Source of the DNA: Mobula birostris
Taxonomy: Eukaryota
Direction of reading: 5' to 3'
Length of the DNA stretch: 64,000 nt
Assembly: GCF_030028105.1 (NCBI RefSeq)
Contig: NC_092377.1
Location: 99,454,865 to 99,518,864, forward strand
The position numbers and the translations under genes were made by a program. The notes beneath the pieces are model-generated. The model was not told where the DNA came from, ran no database searches, and saw only the letters and a program-made list of their open reading frames with translations. Positions 1 through 14,189 of this stretch are shown here, piece after piece; position 1 is the stretch's first letter; each line of letters starts with the position of its first letter.

Positions 1-539
1 CCAATGTCACTCTTATTGTTTCTTTTAGTTCAGGGAAAAAAACCGTGCACAGAATTCCAGGTGTGTCCTCGCCAACACCGTGTACAACAGGAACTACACC
101 GCCCCGTTCCTAAACTCCACTCCCTGTGCAGTAAAGGCCAGAGAGCCGTCTGCCTTCTGAACCACTTGATGCAGAATCATAATGTCATCATCAGACTTCC
201 TTCCACTGTCTCTGTGTCATCAGCAGACTTGGACATCTCAAATCGCGTTTCCTCCTCATGGTCAACAACTGTGGCCAAGAGCCAATCCCTAGGGTATTCC
301 AAAAGTTACCTCCCTCCAGTAAAATCGACCCACTTATTCCAGCCACTTGTAAAACACCGGGGAGCTCAGTGGGTCAGGAAGTGTCTCTGGAGAGGAATGG
401 ACAGTGGACAAAGTCATTGTGTCACCTTTTCTCATTCAGGAAATCACTTTGTTCAACATCCTGTGGTCCTGACTGTCTGCCACTGAGACCACGTTTGTTT
501 TCTGTTTTCTCCGGGTACGTAACAATGTATTGAGTAACA

Positions 540-1700
540 AGTGACCAGTGGCATTCACACCACACAGAGTCAATCTCCAACGGGAAAGCATCGTCACCTA
601 CTCTTGAGGGCCAATAGCATTGCTGACTCTGAGTTTACCTCCATCAAAGGTCAGGAGGGTCACAATAATCAGGAAGTCTCCAGAAACAGCCAAAAGCAAG
701 TAAGTCTCTGGACAGACGCAGAATGTGAAGCTATACTAAGTCACAGATTGATGAAGGACAGAAATGACCCACTCTGATACAGACAGGAAGGCAGAGATTT
801 GATGTTGTGTCCAGATGCCTGAACTGTGTCCAGTTAGAAGAACAAGTGTTGTTCCTCCAAATTGTGATGAGCCTCACTGTAACAGTGATATCAGAGGTCA
901 CCATAGAGACTAAAATAATCTCAGTTGAATGTTGTTTTTCGCACACTGACACCCCTTGTAAGCATTTTACAGGGTATAAAAGGCAAGTGATTTGTGTATG
1001 GGAATCTCAAACACAACAGCTCATCAGTTCGCTGTGTCTGTCTGTTCACCAGCATTTGAATGCCACCAATCCCTGAATGTGGAGGAGGAGATGTTTGGAA
1101 GGCAGCACACCAGTCATAGCATGGAGAACCCAAATACGTGTACATGTCCGTGATCTGAGATGGTAAATTCCCAGAGAGTTGATAGCAGTGAGATGTCAAT
1201 CACTGGTTCTCAGTTTGCAAGGGATTCACTGGACCATCACACCTACAGATACATCAGCAAGTTCACACTGGGGACAGACCATTAACCATTAACATGGCCT
1301 GTTCCATGTGTGCAAAGAGATTCATTCCATTAACCCACCTTATGATGCTCCAGCGAGTTCACAATAAGTAGAGGCCACTCTTCTGTCCTGAGTGAGCAAA
1401 GATATTTACTCAATCATCACATCTGCTGAAACACCAGCAACTTCCCATCATGGCGAAAGCTCAAATAAACTGTATGTTAAATTTTTAACCATTGTGGTGG
1501 CTGAATCCAGTTACAAGTTCACGATTGATTGTTAACGTCTGATTCTGCAGATATTGTGGCTTCTCAGCACTCCTAGATTTGAACCCTGATCCATTGGGAA
1601 TGGGAGAATTTTCTTCTACTGATATTCACCTTTAATGCAGCTGGAGTTTAATATTGTGGATCTGTGACAAACAAATCAGTTCTATTTCAAATCCTGTGTC
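540..1700 (+). pseudogene. ZNF unit 1, decayed C2H2 fingers
   Basis: Acceptor TTTTACAG at 972; finger remnants 1215-1460 (CAAGTTCACACTGGG, CCAGCGAGTTCAC); shared 3'UTR block GGAGTTTAATATT-TGGATCTGTGAC. Confidence 0.8.
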
Positions 1701-2749
1701 TCAGGTTTTCACTGTCCCTGGCACAAGCCCAATGTACAGTAGAGAGGCCACTCAGTCCAACTGGACTCTACCTGTGTTTCTGTTCCATATCTGTCCTTTT
1801 ACTTCCATCCCTGTTGTTCACCTCTCACACTCCCTGTGATGACAGGTTACAACTGGTCAGCACTCTGTCGGGGGAAGAGGATTCCCTTGTATTTCCTGCT
1901 TGATTTTCTCCAGACTGTTTAACATGTTGAGCTCACTGTGGTTTTGCTCCTGACATTCCTTGTTTCTCAGGATTATGGACCAAAGAGGAATGTTGTGTGT
2001 GGTTAAACTCCTCTTTCCTCTTCCCCCCCCCCCCCCCAACGTTATGGGTAATTTTCACTGATTTCAAAGAACTGTGCCTCACACAGCTTGGTTGTTGAAC
2101 ACACCACTCTCTTCTAAAGTATGAGAGCAGAACGGTGGGCAAATCTTCAATGGAGCAGAGCCAGAAGCCAATGGGGGGGGGGGGGGTGGAGGGGGCAGCA
2201 CCAGACAGGACTTTGGGGATCCAGAAAGTAGTGGAGTTTAGAGTTTACAGGGAGGAGGAGGAGGAGCAGGGAATCAGACCAAGAGGATGTAGCTACAAAT
2301 GAAAGATCAGGAACATGTGGAAATTGATTGACTGAAAAACTGTTTATTTCTGCAAAATGCTGGAGGAATTGAGCGTGTCAGGGAGAATCTACGGAAAGAA
2401 ATAAACTGTCGACGTTTTGGGCCGAGACCCACCCCGATGCCTAGAAAGTTTATTCTTCTTCTTAGATACTGCCTGAGCTGCTGAGTTCCTGCTGCACTTT
2501 GTGTATTGCTCCATATTTCCAGTATCTGCAGAATCTGTTCGGCTTTACTGTGTATCTGCATTTGGAAGTGGAATGGATTTTGACACACGGAATACCTGTT
2601 GATATTGAAAACATTGTTTGCTATGTTAAAGTAGCTGCTGATTTTTCTACATAAAAACATTGACTGTTTTTGAGACTGTGGCGAGGAAACGGTACTTGCA
2701 GAAACCTTCAACAGCATCTTGTTTACCCAGAATTTATGAGAGTTACCCC

Positions 2750-5110
<2,361 letters not shown>

Positions 5111-5649
5111 GTTCTATTTAAAACTCTATCCTAGGTGTCAAGTTAATGTACAACACACCTCATGTATAATAGGGAGTCAACTCAGCCCAGCTCAATCCTT
5201 CACAAACATGAGAATATCTACAGATACTGGAAATCCAAGCAACACACACAAAATGCTGGAGGAATGCAACAGGCCAGGCAGCACCTGCTGAAGGGCGTCA
5301 GCCTGAAATGCTGAGCTGCACTCTTTTCCATAGATGCTTCCTGGCCTGCTGAGTTCCTCCAGCATTTTGTATGTGTTGCCACTTAGTCCTTTTCATTGTT
5401 TCTGTTCCAGGGCAGTCCTTTTAAGTTTATTTTTGCTGTTGACTTTTCACACTCCCTGTGGTGATGGGTTCCAAATACTCACTACTCTGTGCGTGAAGAG
5501 TTCCCCCTTGAATTTTATGCATGACTCTGCAGACTGAAGAAAAAGACAAACTGACTGTAGTTATGTTCTCGTTCAAAATCTCTGGACCGAGGAAAATTGA
5601 GGTTGATAGTTAAACTCTGTATTCACTGCTCATTTAAACATTTTGGGTC

Positions 5650-6115
5650 ATTTTTACTGCTTCTATATCTGGCTAGTCCTATCTGTAATAATGGATCAGT
5701 CATAATATAATTTGTAAGCTTCTGGCTGTAAAACTGGATCAGGTTCATATTTATAGTTAGGTATGGTGTCTTTTATGAGTTTATATTTAAAGCAAGATTT
5801 TGGTGAATGATGATTGCCACTTGATTATACCTGTGTAAGTAATCAGATTGGGTGAAACTGCTGCAGAATCCTGCAATATGTTGCATTGTTTCTAGTTTCT
5901 CTTGGCATTTTCTGAATTTATTGTCTGGAATTTGTTGGTATTTTATTATGTATTTTTGATAATTTTTTTGTGTTTATAGGAAGAGGTCTCCCACTTGGAG
6001 CCAAACATTTGTTCCTTGTCAACCTCCAGTCTGCTCAAATCGTCTTCCATGGTGGGTCATGGTTTTCCATTGGTTAAATTTTTCTCCTGTACTGGTAGTT
6101 TATTTAAAGTTCAAG
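5650..6115 (-). mobile_element. R4/Dong-like (RLE-type) LINE fragment, C-terminal zinc knuckle
   Basis: Minus-strand translation RKCQEKLETMQHIAGFC...DYLHRYNQVAIIIHQNLAL...YKYEPDPVL...KLYYD-SIITDR. Confidence 0.7.
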
Positions 6116-6119
6116 GTTC

Positions 6120-6589
6120 TATTAACAAGGATCACCCCAGCATAATAAACACTATTTGGGCATAGAGAGAATCTGTATTTACTGACGAGTACTTTTATTG
6201 GCTTAACTAACAAGCACATGAACCGTCAAAGAACGTGTAATATCTGGGACAGATAGGAGTCTATGGTGGCCAGGCATTCCTCTTAGTCCTGATCCAGTCT
6301 CCACATGTCCAACATGGGCTCACTCATACCTAAATCTGTAATGCTTATTCTTCAGCATTGTCGCTGTCTTGCATTCAGTTTTATGCACTTTTCTTACCAG
6401 TTCAAATTGTACAGTTCAATCTCATTGGCTTGAGGGAATCTTACTGCTTGTGTCACCTTCTTATTGGCTCTCATCCAAACCAGCATCCAATTATTTCCCT
6501 CTTCCACAAGTGATAAGTGGCAATTTATGGCTCTTTGTTGTCGTACAGTTACCAAATCAGTAACCAGCTTGAATCACTCAGGGCAGACA
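6120..6589 (-). mobile_element. 3' LTR of an env-bearing LTR element
   Basis: Begins TGTC after a G-rich PPT-like tract (minus GGTTGGTGGGGTCAG); CCAAT boxes and AATAAA inside; homologous to 7230-8115(+). Confidence 0.65.
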
Positions 6590-6619
6590 CTGACCCCACC
6601 AACCACAAACCTGCATGTA

Positions 6620-9340
6620 ATATCATATGAAAGAATACTGCACAAGTAATTTCTTATTTGGAAATGATCTCTAGTACAGCAGATTACCTGGAACATCACT
6701 GTGTCATACCTTAAGATACTGACTCAGCCAAGCAAAACCAGTTCACAAAATGGAAGGTACAGAGCAGCTTCACTAAATATTTCACTTGCCTTATCATCAG
6801 GTGTCTTAATTACTTTTGTGTGTTTATTCCATTCATGGATTTTCTCCCTTGCCTCCTCTACAACTTGTGTCCAGTCTGCAGTCAAGTGAGGAATCAGTGG
6901 AAACTCGTTAACAACGTAGTCCCACAAATATTGATCCGTATCACTACGTTGGATGGTGAGATTCTCCTTTGATACCGTGTCTACTGCTGGCTGAGGCAAA
7001 GTTGAACCTCCAATAATCAGATCTAAATTCATGCTCCTACTGGCAATGTTGTGACTTTCCAAAGGACACTGTTTTCATCACTTGGTATAACTCATGGCTG
7101 CTGTTGTTTTGGAATATGTGTGTCTCATCAATGCAGAAGGCAAAGAAAGACTCATTATTTACAGACAACATAGAAAATCAACAATTTTCGTAAGTACCTA
7201 AACCACAATTCATACAGCAAGTTGCTCCTTGTCATTTCTACTAGGTTTTGGCCAGAAAGAGCAAAAATCAGCGTACAGGAATGGAGGCAGCCGTTTTGTG
7301 AGACTGCCCTTCCAGACCAATTGAATGTGAACACAAGGAGTTTCAGCTATGGTTCTGCGACCATTCTTAGAAAAGTAGCTGTGTATTATGTAAAGCGGCA
7401 GGCTTGCTGGAGGAGTCTCAGTGTTTGGGTCACCTGGTTTGATCACAATGAAGAGTTGAAAAGAACAAAATGCACAGAGCTGAGGGTAAAGACCATAAAA
7501 CAATACTGATTGCAGCCCTGGACCTGAGCCAATAAGAAGGAGAACAAAGGTAGATCAGGTCACCTCAAGCCAACAGGGTGGATAAACAACTTTTGAAGTA
7601 ATACAAAGTGATTTTTCAAAGTTAGCAGCTTCAATTGCAAAGGAGAAAATCCTTCCAGAGACCAGTAATCGCAGATGTGGAGGATCCCATGGACATGTGG
7701 AGACTGGAGTGGGACCACGAGGAACACTTGGCCAACATTGACTCCTTTACTGGATATTACTTTTTATATTCTTTGACTGCTCATGGAGGGTCAAGGAAAC
7801 TTTGTAGGTGTGCACATAGGTATTTGGTTGTGTAAATTCATGTGCATTTTAGTTGAGATAATAAAGGTACTTACATAAGAAACAGGAGCAGGAGTAGGCC
7901 ATCTGGCCCATCGAGCTCGCTTCACCATTCAATAAGATCACGGCTAATCTGGCCATGGACTCATCTCCACCTACCTGCCTTTTCCCTAGAACCCTTAATT
8001 CCCCTACTATGCAAAAATCTACCCAACCTTGTCTTAAATATGTTTACTTGTTGGTAAATACTAATTTTCTCAGTGCCTGTCTGATCATTATTACTAAGGA
8101 GTACAGTAATCCATATAATGTGGGAAACCTCAGTGGTCTCGCCCTTGATAAATCTATCACTTTCCCAGTACTATTCATAACAATAGCTTGTGCTGGTGGG
8201 TTACTTAAGGATATGCAAGTCTTCCCATGGTATTTGTCTACATTGTGAACCTTTTTCAAAGAGTAGGTTAAATTATTTCCATTCTTTTTAGTTGGTCTTT
8301 GATGTGCATTGTTGTAATAAATTTGTGTCAATCATGGCGAGCAACCAACCAGCATGTGCAGCACAGACATCAGTTTTAAACATTTCCTTAAAAATCAGGT
8401 CAATGTGGTCAATAATCTAATTCATTGTATCTTGAATGAGCTTCAGAAATGTAAGTGTATCCAGAGTTACCTGGGATGCACCACAAACCAATTTGATTAG
8501 TTTGTATCTGATCTTGATTCTTTTCCCCAGTAATATCCCACATTTTCTGCTGAAGGGACTGTATCTGATTTTCTAATTCTGCTAAATCTAAGGTATTGAC
8601 CGTGGCTAGCCCGATGCATAACTTGCTCCCACTGATTTCAATAGGCCTCTCTTCCTTTTATTTTTGACTGGTTTAATCTCACTCCTGTGAGGTAGACTCC
8701 CAAGCAGATGAGTAAATAACTGTCTCATTGTAGGTGAGTACCATTATTTCAGTTAGATTAAAAATTACCTGCAAGTGCTGGTATCCTGGTACCCAAATGA
8801 GAATTTCCCCACGTGTTCTAACATGAATCCTACCCCCTTTGTGTAACACTGGGTCTCACTACATTTAGGCTCTCATGTAGTTTTGAGGTTGTGGGGTGGT
8901 CAGTTTTCTCATAGTTTTGAAAACTCTGAAAGGTCTGAGGTCCTGACAGAAACTCTACCCATGTCCCTTAGTTCTCCTTTCCAGTCTCCTCTCCCCAAGT
9001 ACTAGATCCTCCTGTGGACAGTTTACAATGATGGAAGCAACCTTCCAGAAATGCTTGGTATGGCCATTCCAATCGATTTACCTCTTGTATTGGTCACTGC
9101 CCCACTCAATATTCACATGGGTATCATCCCTGAGAACTGTAATCTTACTGTGGCCCTCATCATCTGAAGGTTGTTCAATTAAATGGAGCTGAAAACTGAA
9201 AAATGATTACTCCATCTGGCTTGATAATGTCACCTCTAGAATTTTATTGCATAAGAACTGTAAGGTTTTGCATAAGGTTTTATCCACACATGTCAAACCA
9301 TCTACCGGAGCATAATAGAAAACTGAATCCGCTATTTCTC
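6620..9340 (-). pseudogene. Decayed retroviral-type env (class I fusion) gene, interrupted by a solo LTR
   Basis: Minus-strand KRKR|GLLKSVGASYA-/-IGLATVNTLDLAELENQIQSLQQKM (furin site 8648-8659, fusion peptide, heptad repeat); DVCAAHAGWLLAMIDTNL; distal heptad WTQVVEEAREKIHEWNK; many stops and frameshifts. Confidence 0.65.
7230..8115 (+). mobile_element. Related solo LTR inserted antisense into env; contains a CR1-3'/SINE piece (7873-8044, TACTT TSD)
   Basis: GAGCCAATAAGAAGG, CCTCAAGCCAA, GGACATGTGGAGACTGGA and AATAAA--GTACT...GTAAATAC are shared with the reverse complement of 6120-6589; TACTT at 7868-7872 and 8045-8049. Confidence 0.6.
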
Positions 9341-9426
9341 CCTCAGAATTGAAATGGGTAGCCACCGGGAGATCCCGCTTTGCCATTTTCAATGGGCGTG
9401 GGGTGCATTTGTTCTGTTCACATTGT

Positions 9427-9516
9427 CCAATTAAAAGGTTAGATGGAAACCTACCAATGAAAACTTATTCTACCCGATTCCTTATTAGCATAGGGCGGGG
9501 CATACTGTCTATTTAA
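9427..9516 (+). promoter_or_regulatory. H2B promoter: 2 CCAAT boxes, octamer-like H2B box, GC box, TATA-like
   Basis: CCAAT 9427-9431 and 9454-9458; CTTATTAGCATAG (ATTAGCAT 9484-9491, one mismatch to ATTTGCAT); GGGCGGGG 9493-9500; TATTTAA 9510-9516. Confidence 0.8.
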
Positions 9517-9569
9517 TCGGCACTGCGAGTTGGTTCCGCTTATTTTCGACTCCGAAATTGACTGAAGAA

Positions 9570-9938
9570 ATGCCTGAACCGAAAGCTTCCAAGAAGGGCG
9601 CGAAGAAAGCCGTGTCCAAAGCGCAAGCCAAGGGCGGCAAGAAACGCAGGAGAACCAGGCGAGAGACTTACTCTATCTACGTCTACAAGGTAATGAAACA
9701 AGTTCATCCCGACACCGGCATCTCCTCGAAGGCCATGAGCATTATGAATTCGTTCGTGAACGATATTTTCGAGCGCATTGCGGGCGAGGCTTCCCGCCTG
9801 GCTCATTATAACAAACGCTCGACCATCACTTCTCGGGAGATCCAGACCGCTGTGCGCCTGTTGTTGCCCGGGGAGCTGGCCAAGCACGCCGTGTCAGAAG
9901 GGACAAAGGCGGTGACCAAGTACACCAGCTCCAAGTGA
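9570..9938 (+). CDS. H2B: Replication-dependent histone H2B (122 aa)
   Basis: ATG at 9570 ([10 protein letters not shown]...TKYTSSK); canonical H2B fold; intronless; followed by a stem-loop. The ORF track start at 9558 is a TTG and is not the real start. Confidence 0.98.
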   Translation: MPEPKASKKGAKKAVSKAQAKGGKKRRRTRRETYSIYVYKVMKQVHPDTGISSKAMSIMNSFVNDIFERIAGEASRLAHYNKRSTITSREIQTAVRLLLPGELAKHAVSEGTKAVTKYTSSK

Positions 9939-9968
9939 AGCCGCAGAAAGTGTTGACATAAACCCAAC

Positions 9969-10010
9969 GGCTCTTTTAAGAGCCACTCACAATTTCCAGG
10001 GAAGAGATTT
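9969..10010 (+). terminator. Histone 3' stem-loop and U7 HDE of H2B
   Basis: GGCTCT-TTTA-AGAGCC 9969-9984; purine-rich GGGAAGAGA about 15 nt downstream. Confidence 0.95.
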
Positions 10011-10794
10011 ACTAATGTTCGACATTGGATCGCAACAAGCTTGTCTGAAAAGTTCCAAATAAACAAAAGTAATTTTATTTCTGTTAATGTTGAGTAAACT
10101 TTCCATCACTCCTCACAATCCTTGTCGCGTCACCGTTTCACTGCACTAACACCGACATTTTGCCCTCTTGCACTCGTCAATTTGTTGCGATTTTCTCCCA
10201 CTCACAGAGCTTTGTACAAGAAAGGATTGAGGTGACGATGTTTTTGTTGTCGATGTGATTTAATTGCTGTGAATGCGATGCATTATCTGGAGTACCCCTG
10301 TGTTGGAAAAACCCTGAATCCTCGAGATCACAACAGGTTCACTCGGGTTCCTTTCACACTACAGTCCAACAGTCATTGCTACGACTCTAGATTTTAGGTG
10401 GTGACCCGTCTACAATCTGATGCGTTCTACATAGCCGCTATTGCATCCTGTGAAGTCAGAGTTTGTACTAATCGGTTACCAAATGAATGAAAGTGCAGAT
10501 TAAAATCAAATAATCTCTCGTACGTGAGATTTTGCACCTTGTCTTTATTTTAAATGAGTGGGGACGCTGTGATGGTGAATCCTGTTCATGCATCTGCATG
10601 TTTTTAGATTAAAGGATGAAACTATAATCTTGGCGCGCTTTTCATAAAATGGGGACTAAGATTAGTTTGGACCATCTTTCTTTCCTGTTCGCCCACTGAT
10701 TTCACCACTCCGCGTTGCTCCACGAAATTAATGGACGAACGCGAGATTATCTATTGGTTATTAGTACAACATCCGATACGGGAGAATGAAAAGT

Positions 10795-11025
10795 CTCGCA
10801 AACCACTACACGGAGAATGAGGAATTCTTCTCGTGATCCCCCTCTTTATAGCTTCTGGAGGATTGCGAAAGGACACTTGCGATTGGTGGTTCCGCGCCTT
10901 CTCTGAATAGTAATATAAAATTACCCAATCAGCGAGCTGTCCAATTCTCCAATGATCAGACGGCGCCAGAGAAGCGCGGAAAATAACTGTCTCTCCCCAC
11001 CCGAAATTTGAAAAGCCCGCCAAAG
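10795..11025 (-). promoter_or_regulatory. Orphan H2A-type promoter and 5'UTR (no H2A CDS follows)
   Basis: Blocks GAGAATGAGGAA, TTTATAGCTTCTGGAGGATTGCG, CGATTGGTGGT, ATTCTCCAATGATCAGAC, GAAGCGCG-AAAATAACTGTC-CTCCCCA and GAAATTTGAAAA are collinear with the H2A promoter at 39866-40079. Confidence 0.85.
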
Positions 11026-12289
11026 AAAAAAAAATAAATTAATCGGTAGTCTAAAGCCTAAATCAATTACAAATCTGTATGATCTCGGATTTCCTGCATA
11101 ACTAGTTATTTGATCTCAGTCCACTTCTGTCCATATAGAATGTGAATTAACTGTACCATGACTGACTCTAGGAATTTGTGGTTCTTTGTGAAAACACATC
11201 AGATTATGGAAAGGTCTCTCTTCTCAAACTGAGCATGGAGTACAGAACATTATGAGCAGGTCGCTCTTTTCAAATTGTGGCTGGAGTCGCAGAAACAGGA
11301 GGTTGGGTGGTCTCTGCGGAAGACAGAAAGGGATGGGGATCAGAAGATGTGGCTGGTGGTGGTGTCCCACTGCAGCTGAAGCAGTGACAATTCCTCAACC
11401 CCCACAGATGCTGCTCAACCCACCGTTCCTCCAGCAGATTGTTCAGTGCACCAGATTCCAGCATCGGCAGTTTCTGCAGTCTCAGGTTTCCTTTCTCAAG
11501 TGGGTACTAGTAAACTCAATAAGTGGACGTGGGGTATCAATGCTTTCAGATGGCTTTCTATGACATACATTGAGTCAAAGAGCATGGAAACAGGGCCTTC
11601 ACCAACATGTCCATTCTGTGTTTCCAGTGAGCTTGTCCCACCTGTTCCTGTTTAGCCCATAGCCTCAAAATGTTTCCTTGCCATCTATTTATCTAGATGG
11701 TTTTTAAATATTGCTCATGTCCCTGCCTCAACTACCATTTCTGCTAGCTCATTCCAAATACAATCCACCTTTTGTGTGAAGAAGCTGTCTCTGATCTGCC
11801 ATATAAATCTCACACTTCTGATCTGAAACTAATGCTGTCTTGTTATTAATACCCCTTCCCTGGGAATGCACTTTTACCCTCTGTATGCCCCTCATGACCT
11901 TGAATACATCAATCAGTTCACTCCCAAATCTCCTATGTTCCAGGGAATAAAGTACAAGTCTACAAAACCTCTCCTTGCAAGGATGCACTTGCCACACCAC
12001 TGGTATGGCCACAGCTGGAGAACTGTGTCCATGTTTGATAAAGATGGAACAGCTTTAGAGAGTTTTGACTGAATTGGTCACAGCAGTGAGGGATCTAATC
12101 ACCGCACCAACTGAAACACATTGCCTTTCTCCTTGGTGAATACAGCTGAGAACTATTCATTTCACGCCCTGCCCACCTCTTCTAGCCCCATACACAGGTT
12201 GTCACTTTGCTCCACAACAGACCCCACTCTCTCCTTAGTTACTCTCTTGACCTTCATACACTTACAGCACTCGTTATTTATCACAGCAA

Positions 12290-13120
12290 CCACCCAAATG
12301 CACATGAAATGAGCCGTCCCAAAACTTTGTTCCAAGGAGCGGAGACAACCTGCAGCATAGTGTAACTGAAGACTCAAGAGGAGACACATCTCTTTAAAGG
12401 GTTCGTATGAAACAGATACACACTGAACTTAATACGAAGATGTCTACGAGGTTGACAATGCTCCAGCCAAGAAGTGACCAAATGGTTTGACCTTCCATAC
12501 ATTTGCTATATCTCAGAAATGATGGGCCAACTGCTCTAAGAACATAGAATTCCAGTCATGCATAAGCCAACAGCAATGTTAAGGAGAGTACTTTGCAGAC
12601 CAAATGAATGAGCTAGGCTATTATACAAGGCAATATGGTCTACAAAATCCAACTTGGGAACTGCAGCAAATATTATAGCCGCCATACTGGGAGAAAATTA
12701 ACCGCACAGCTCCATGAACATCAACTGGCTGACCGTCTCTACCCATGAAGAACAAAAAGGGCACAAATTCGACTGGGCATCAGTGAACATCATGGTGCAA
12801 GTAAACACATGGCATGCAAGAGAATTCCTAGAAGCATGGTAAACAAACCTGTAGACCTCAATCCTATTTATGAGCCAATGCAGGCAAAGTGCCAGACCAC
12901 AATGCACGGAATTTGTCAAACAACCAATCAGCAAACAGGTTTCCTCTCCATAACTCAAGTAAGTTTCTGAAATGATAACTGACCAGCTGACTGATAAGTA
13001 TATAAAGACCAGGCATTCGGATGACACACCACATTTTACAGCTCACTAACGATGTCCCCTTGTATGGTGAAAAGTTTGTAAGTAAATTGCCAATATCGGA
13101 GAACAACCCAACCCAATTCA
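12290..13120 (+). mobile_element. Penelope-like element fragment (GIY-YIG endonuclease end)
   Basis: Translation ...HKPTAMLRRVL...MVYKIQLGNCSKYYSRHTGRKLTAQLHEHQLA; partial duplicate at 13210-13290. Confidence 0.7.
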
Positions 13121-13354
13121 TTAATGTTTATATTATTAACATTTATTGAGCACTCCCTTAATCTTGGTTGCCACTGATAATTTGTGACTTATCTTTGCCC
13201 TTTGAATTTCTCTACCCATGAAGGAGAGGGGCACAAATTTGACTGGGCATCTGCCAAAGTCATGGCACAAGCAAACACGTGGCATGTAAACTCTGCAAAT
13301 CTCTACACTGCTGAAGGGTCTCCCTATTCTTCAATGCTCTTTCCCTGTCGCATC

Positions 13355-14189
13355 TATTACGTACCCCGTAACTGGGTTGCCAAACCAGCAGAAATGGACC
13401 ACTTAGCTGGAGTCTGGATTACTGGAACTAAGAAAGTTTTATTAAAGAAATAAGTAACACAGTACTCTAAACGTAAGGATATAAATGCAACGGGTTAGCA
13501 ATGATAAAACACACATGTACACAGAACTAGGATAATAGGATCAATCAAGCTCTATCGCAGTCTAGGGGTAAAATGATCAGTCTCAATTGACACAGAGTTC
13601 AGTTTAGTTCAGTTCACAGTAATCGCTGTTGTGCCATTGGGGGGGGGGGAGAGAGAGAGCGAATGATGGTATTCAAATCGGATTCAACACCTTTGATATT
13701 CCTCGCAGTTAGCTTTCGGGCGAGCCCGTTGTAATGTCTTCTGAGGTCACCGACTGTGACCCCTCCATTCCGGATACAATCGTTCTTCTGCGGTGAACCC
13801 GGCACCCAGGCAAGGGCGGACACACACAGCAGGTTCCCGCTGATCGTACCTTTTCACCCTGTGCGTCTATGGTCGGTCCTGCGATGCAACCTCCAAAACT
13901 CCCACCAACTTGTGGGGGGGGGGGGGCACCGCACTTCCAGGGTCTCGTTACCTCGTCGTGTCATGGTGTGTCTGTTGCCTTAGCAAACCTGTGCCTTTTA
14001 TCCCCCTGCTGGGGTATCGCCTGTCCATCAAACTTCAAACAGTTCAAGTTCAAAGCAATCGGTCTCTGACAATACTCGGAACTGTGTCTCCTTTCGTTAA
14101 TCTCTCTCGTCTCCCATTAACATTTCTGAATGTTCCCCCATTGTCTTTCTTATCGCCTCAATCTTCTGATAACTCGGTATTTTGTCACA
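13355..14189 (-). mobile_element. Solo LTR (Gypsy-type) with 4-bp TSD
   Basis: Termini TA(TG-derived)TTAC...GTCACA flanked by CATC (13351-13354) and CATC (14190-14193); minus-strand AATAAA about 13438. Confidence 0.8.

Noticed and set aside
4-486. 160-aa ORF as an N-terminal ZNF effector exon
   Set aside because: No recognisable domain; the paralogous segment at 47447-47690 does not keep the frame.
9540-9887. Antisense/alternative-frame ORFs over the histone genes (also 18317-18781, 19756-20229, 39616-39888)
   Set aside because: Shadows of GC-rich histone codon usage with no independent support.
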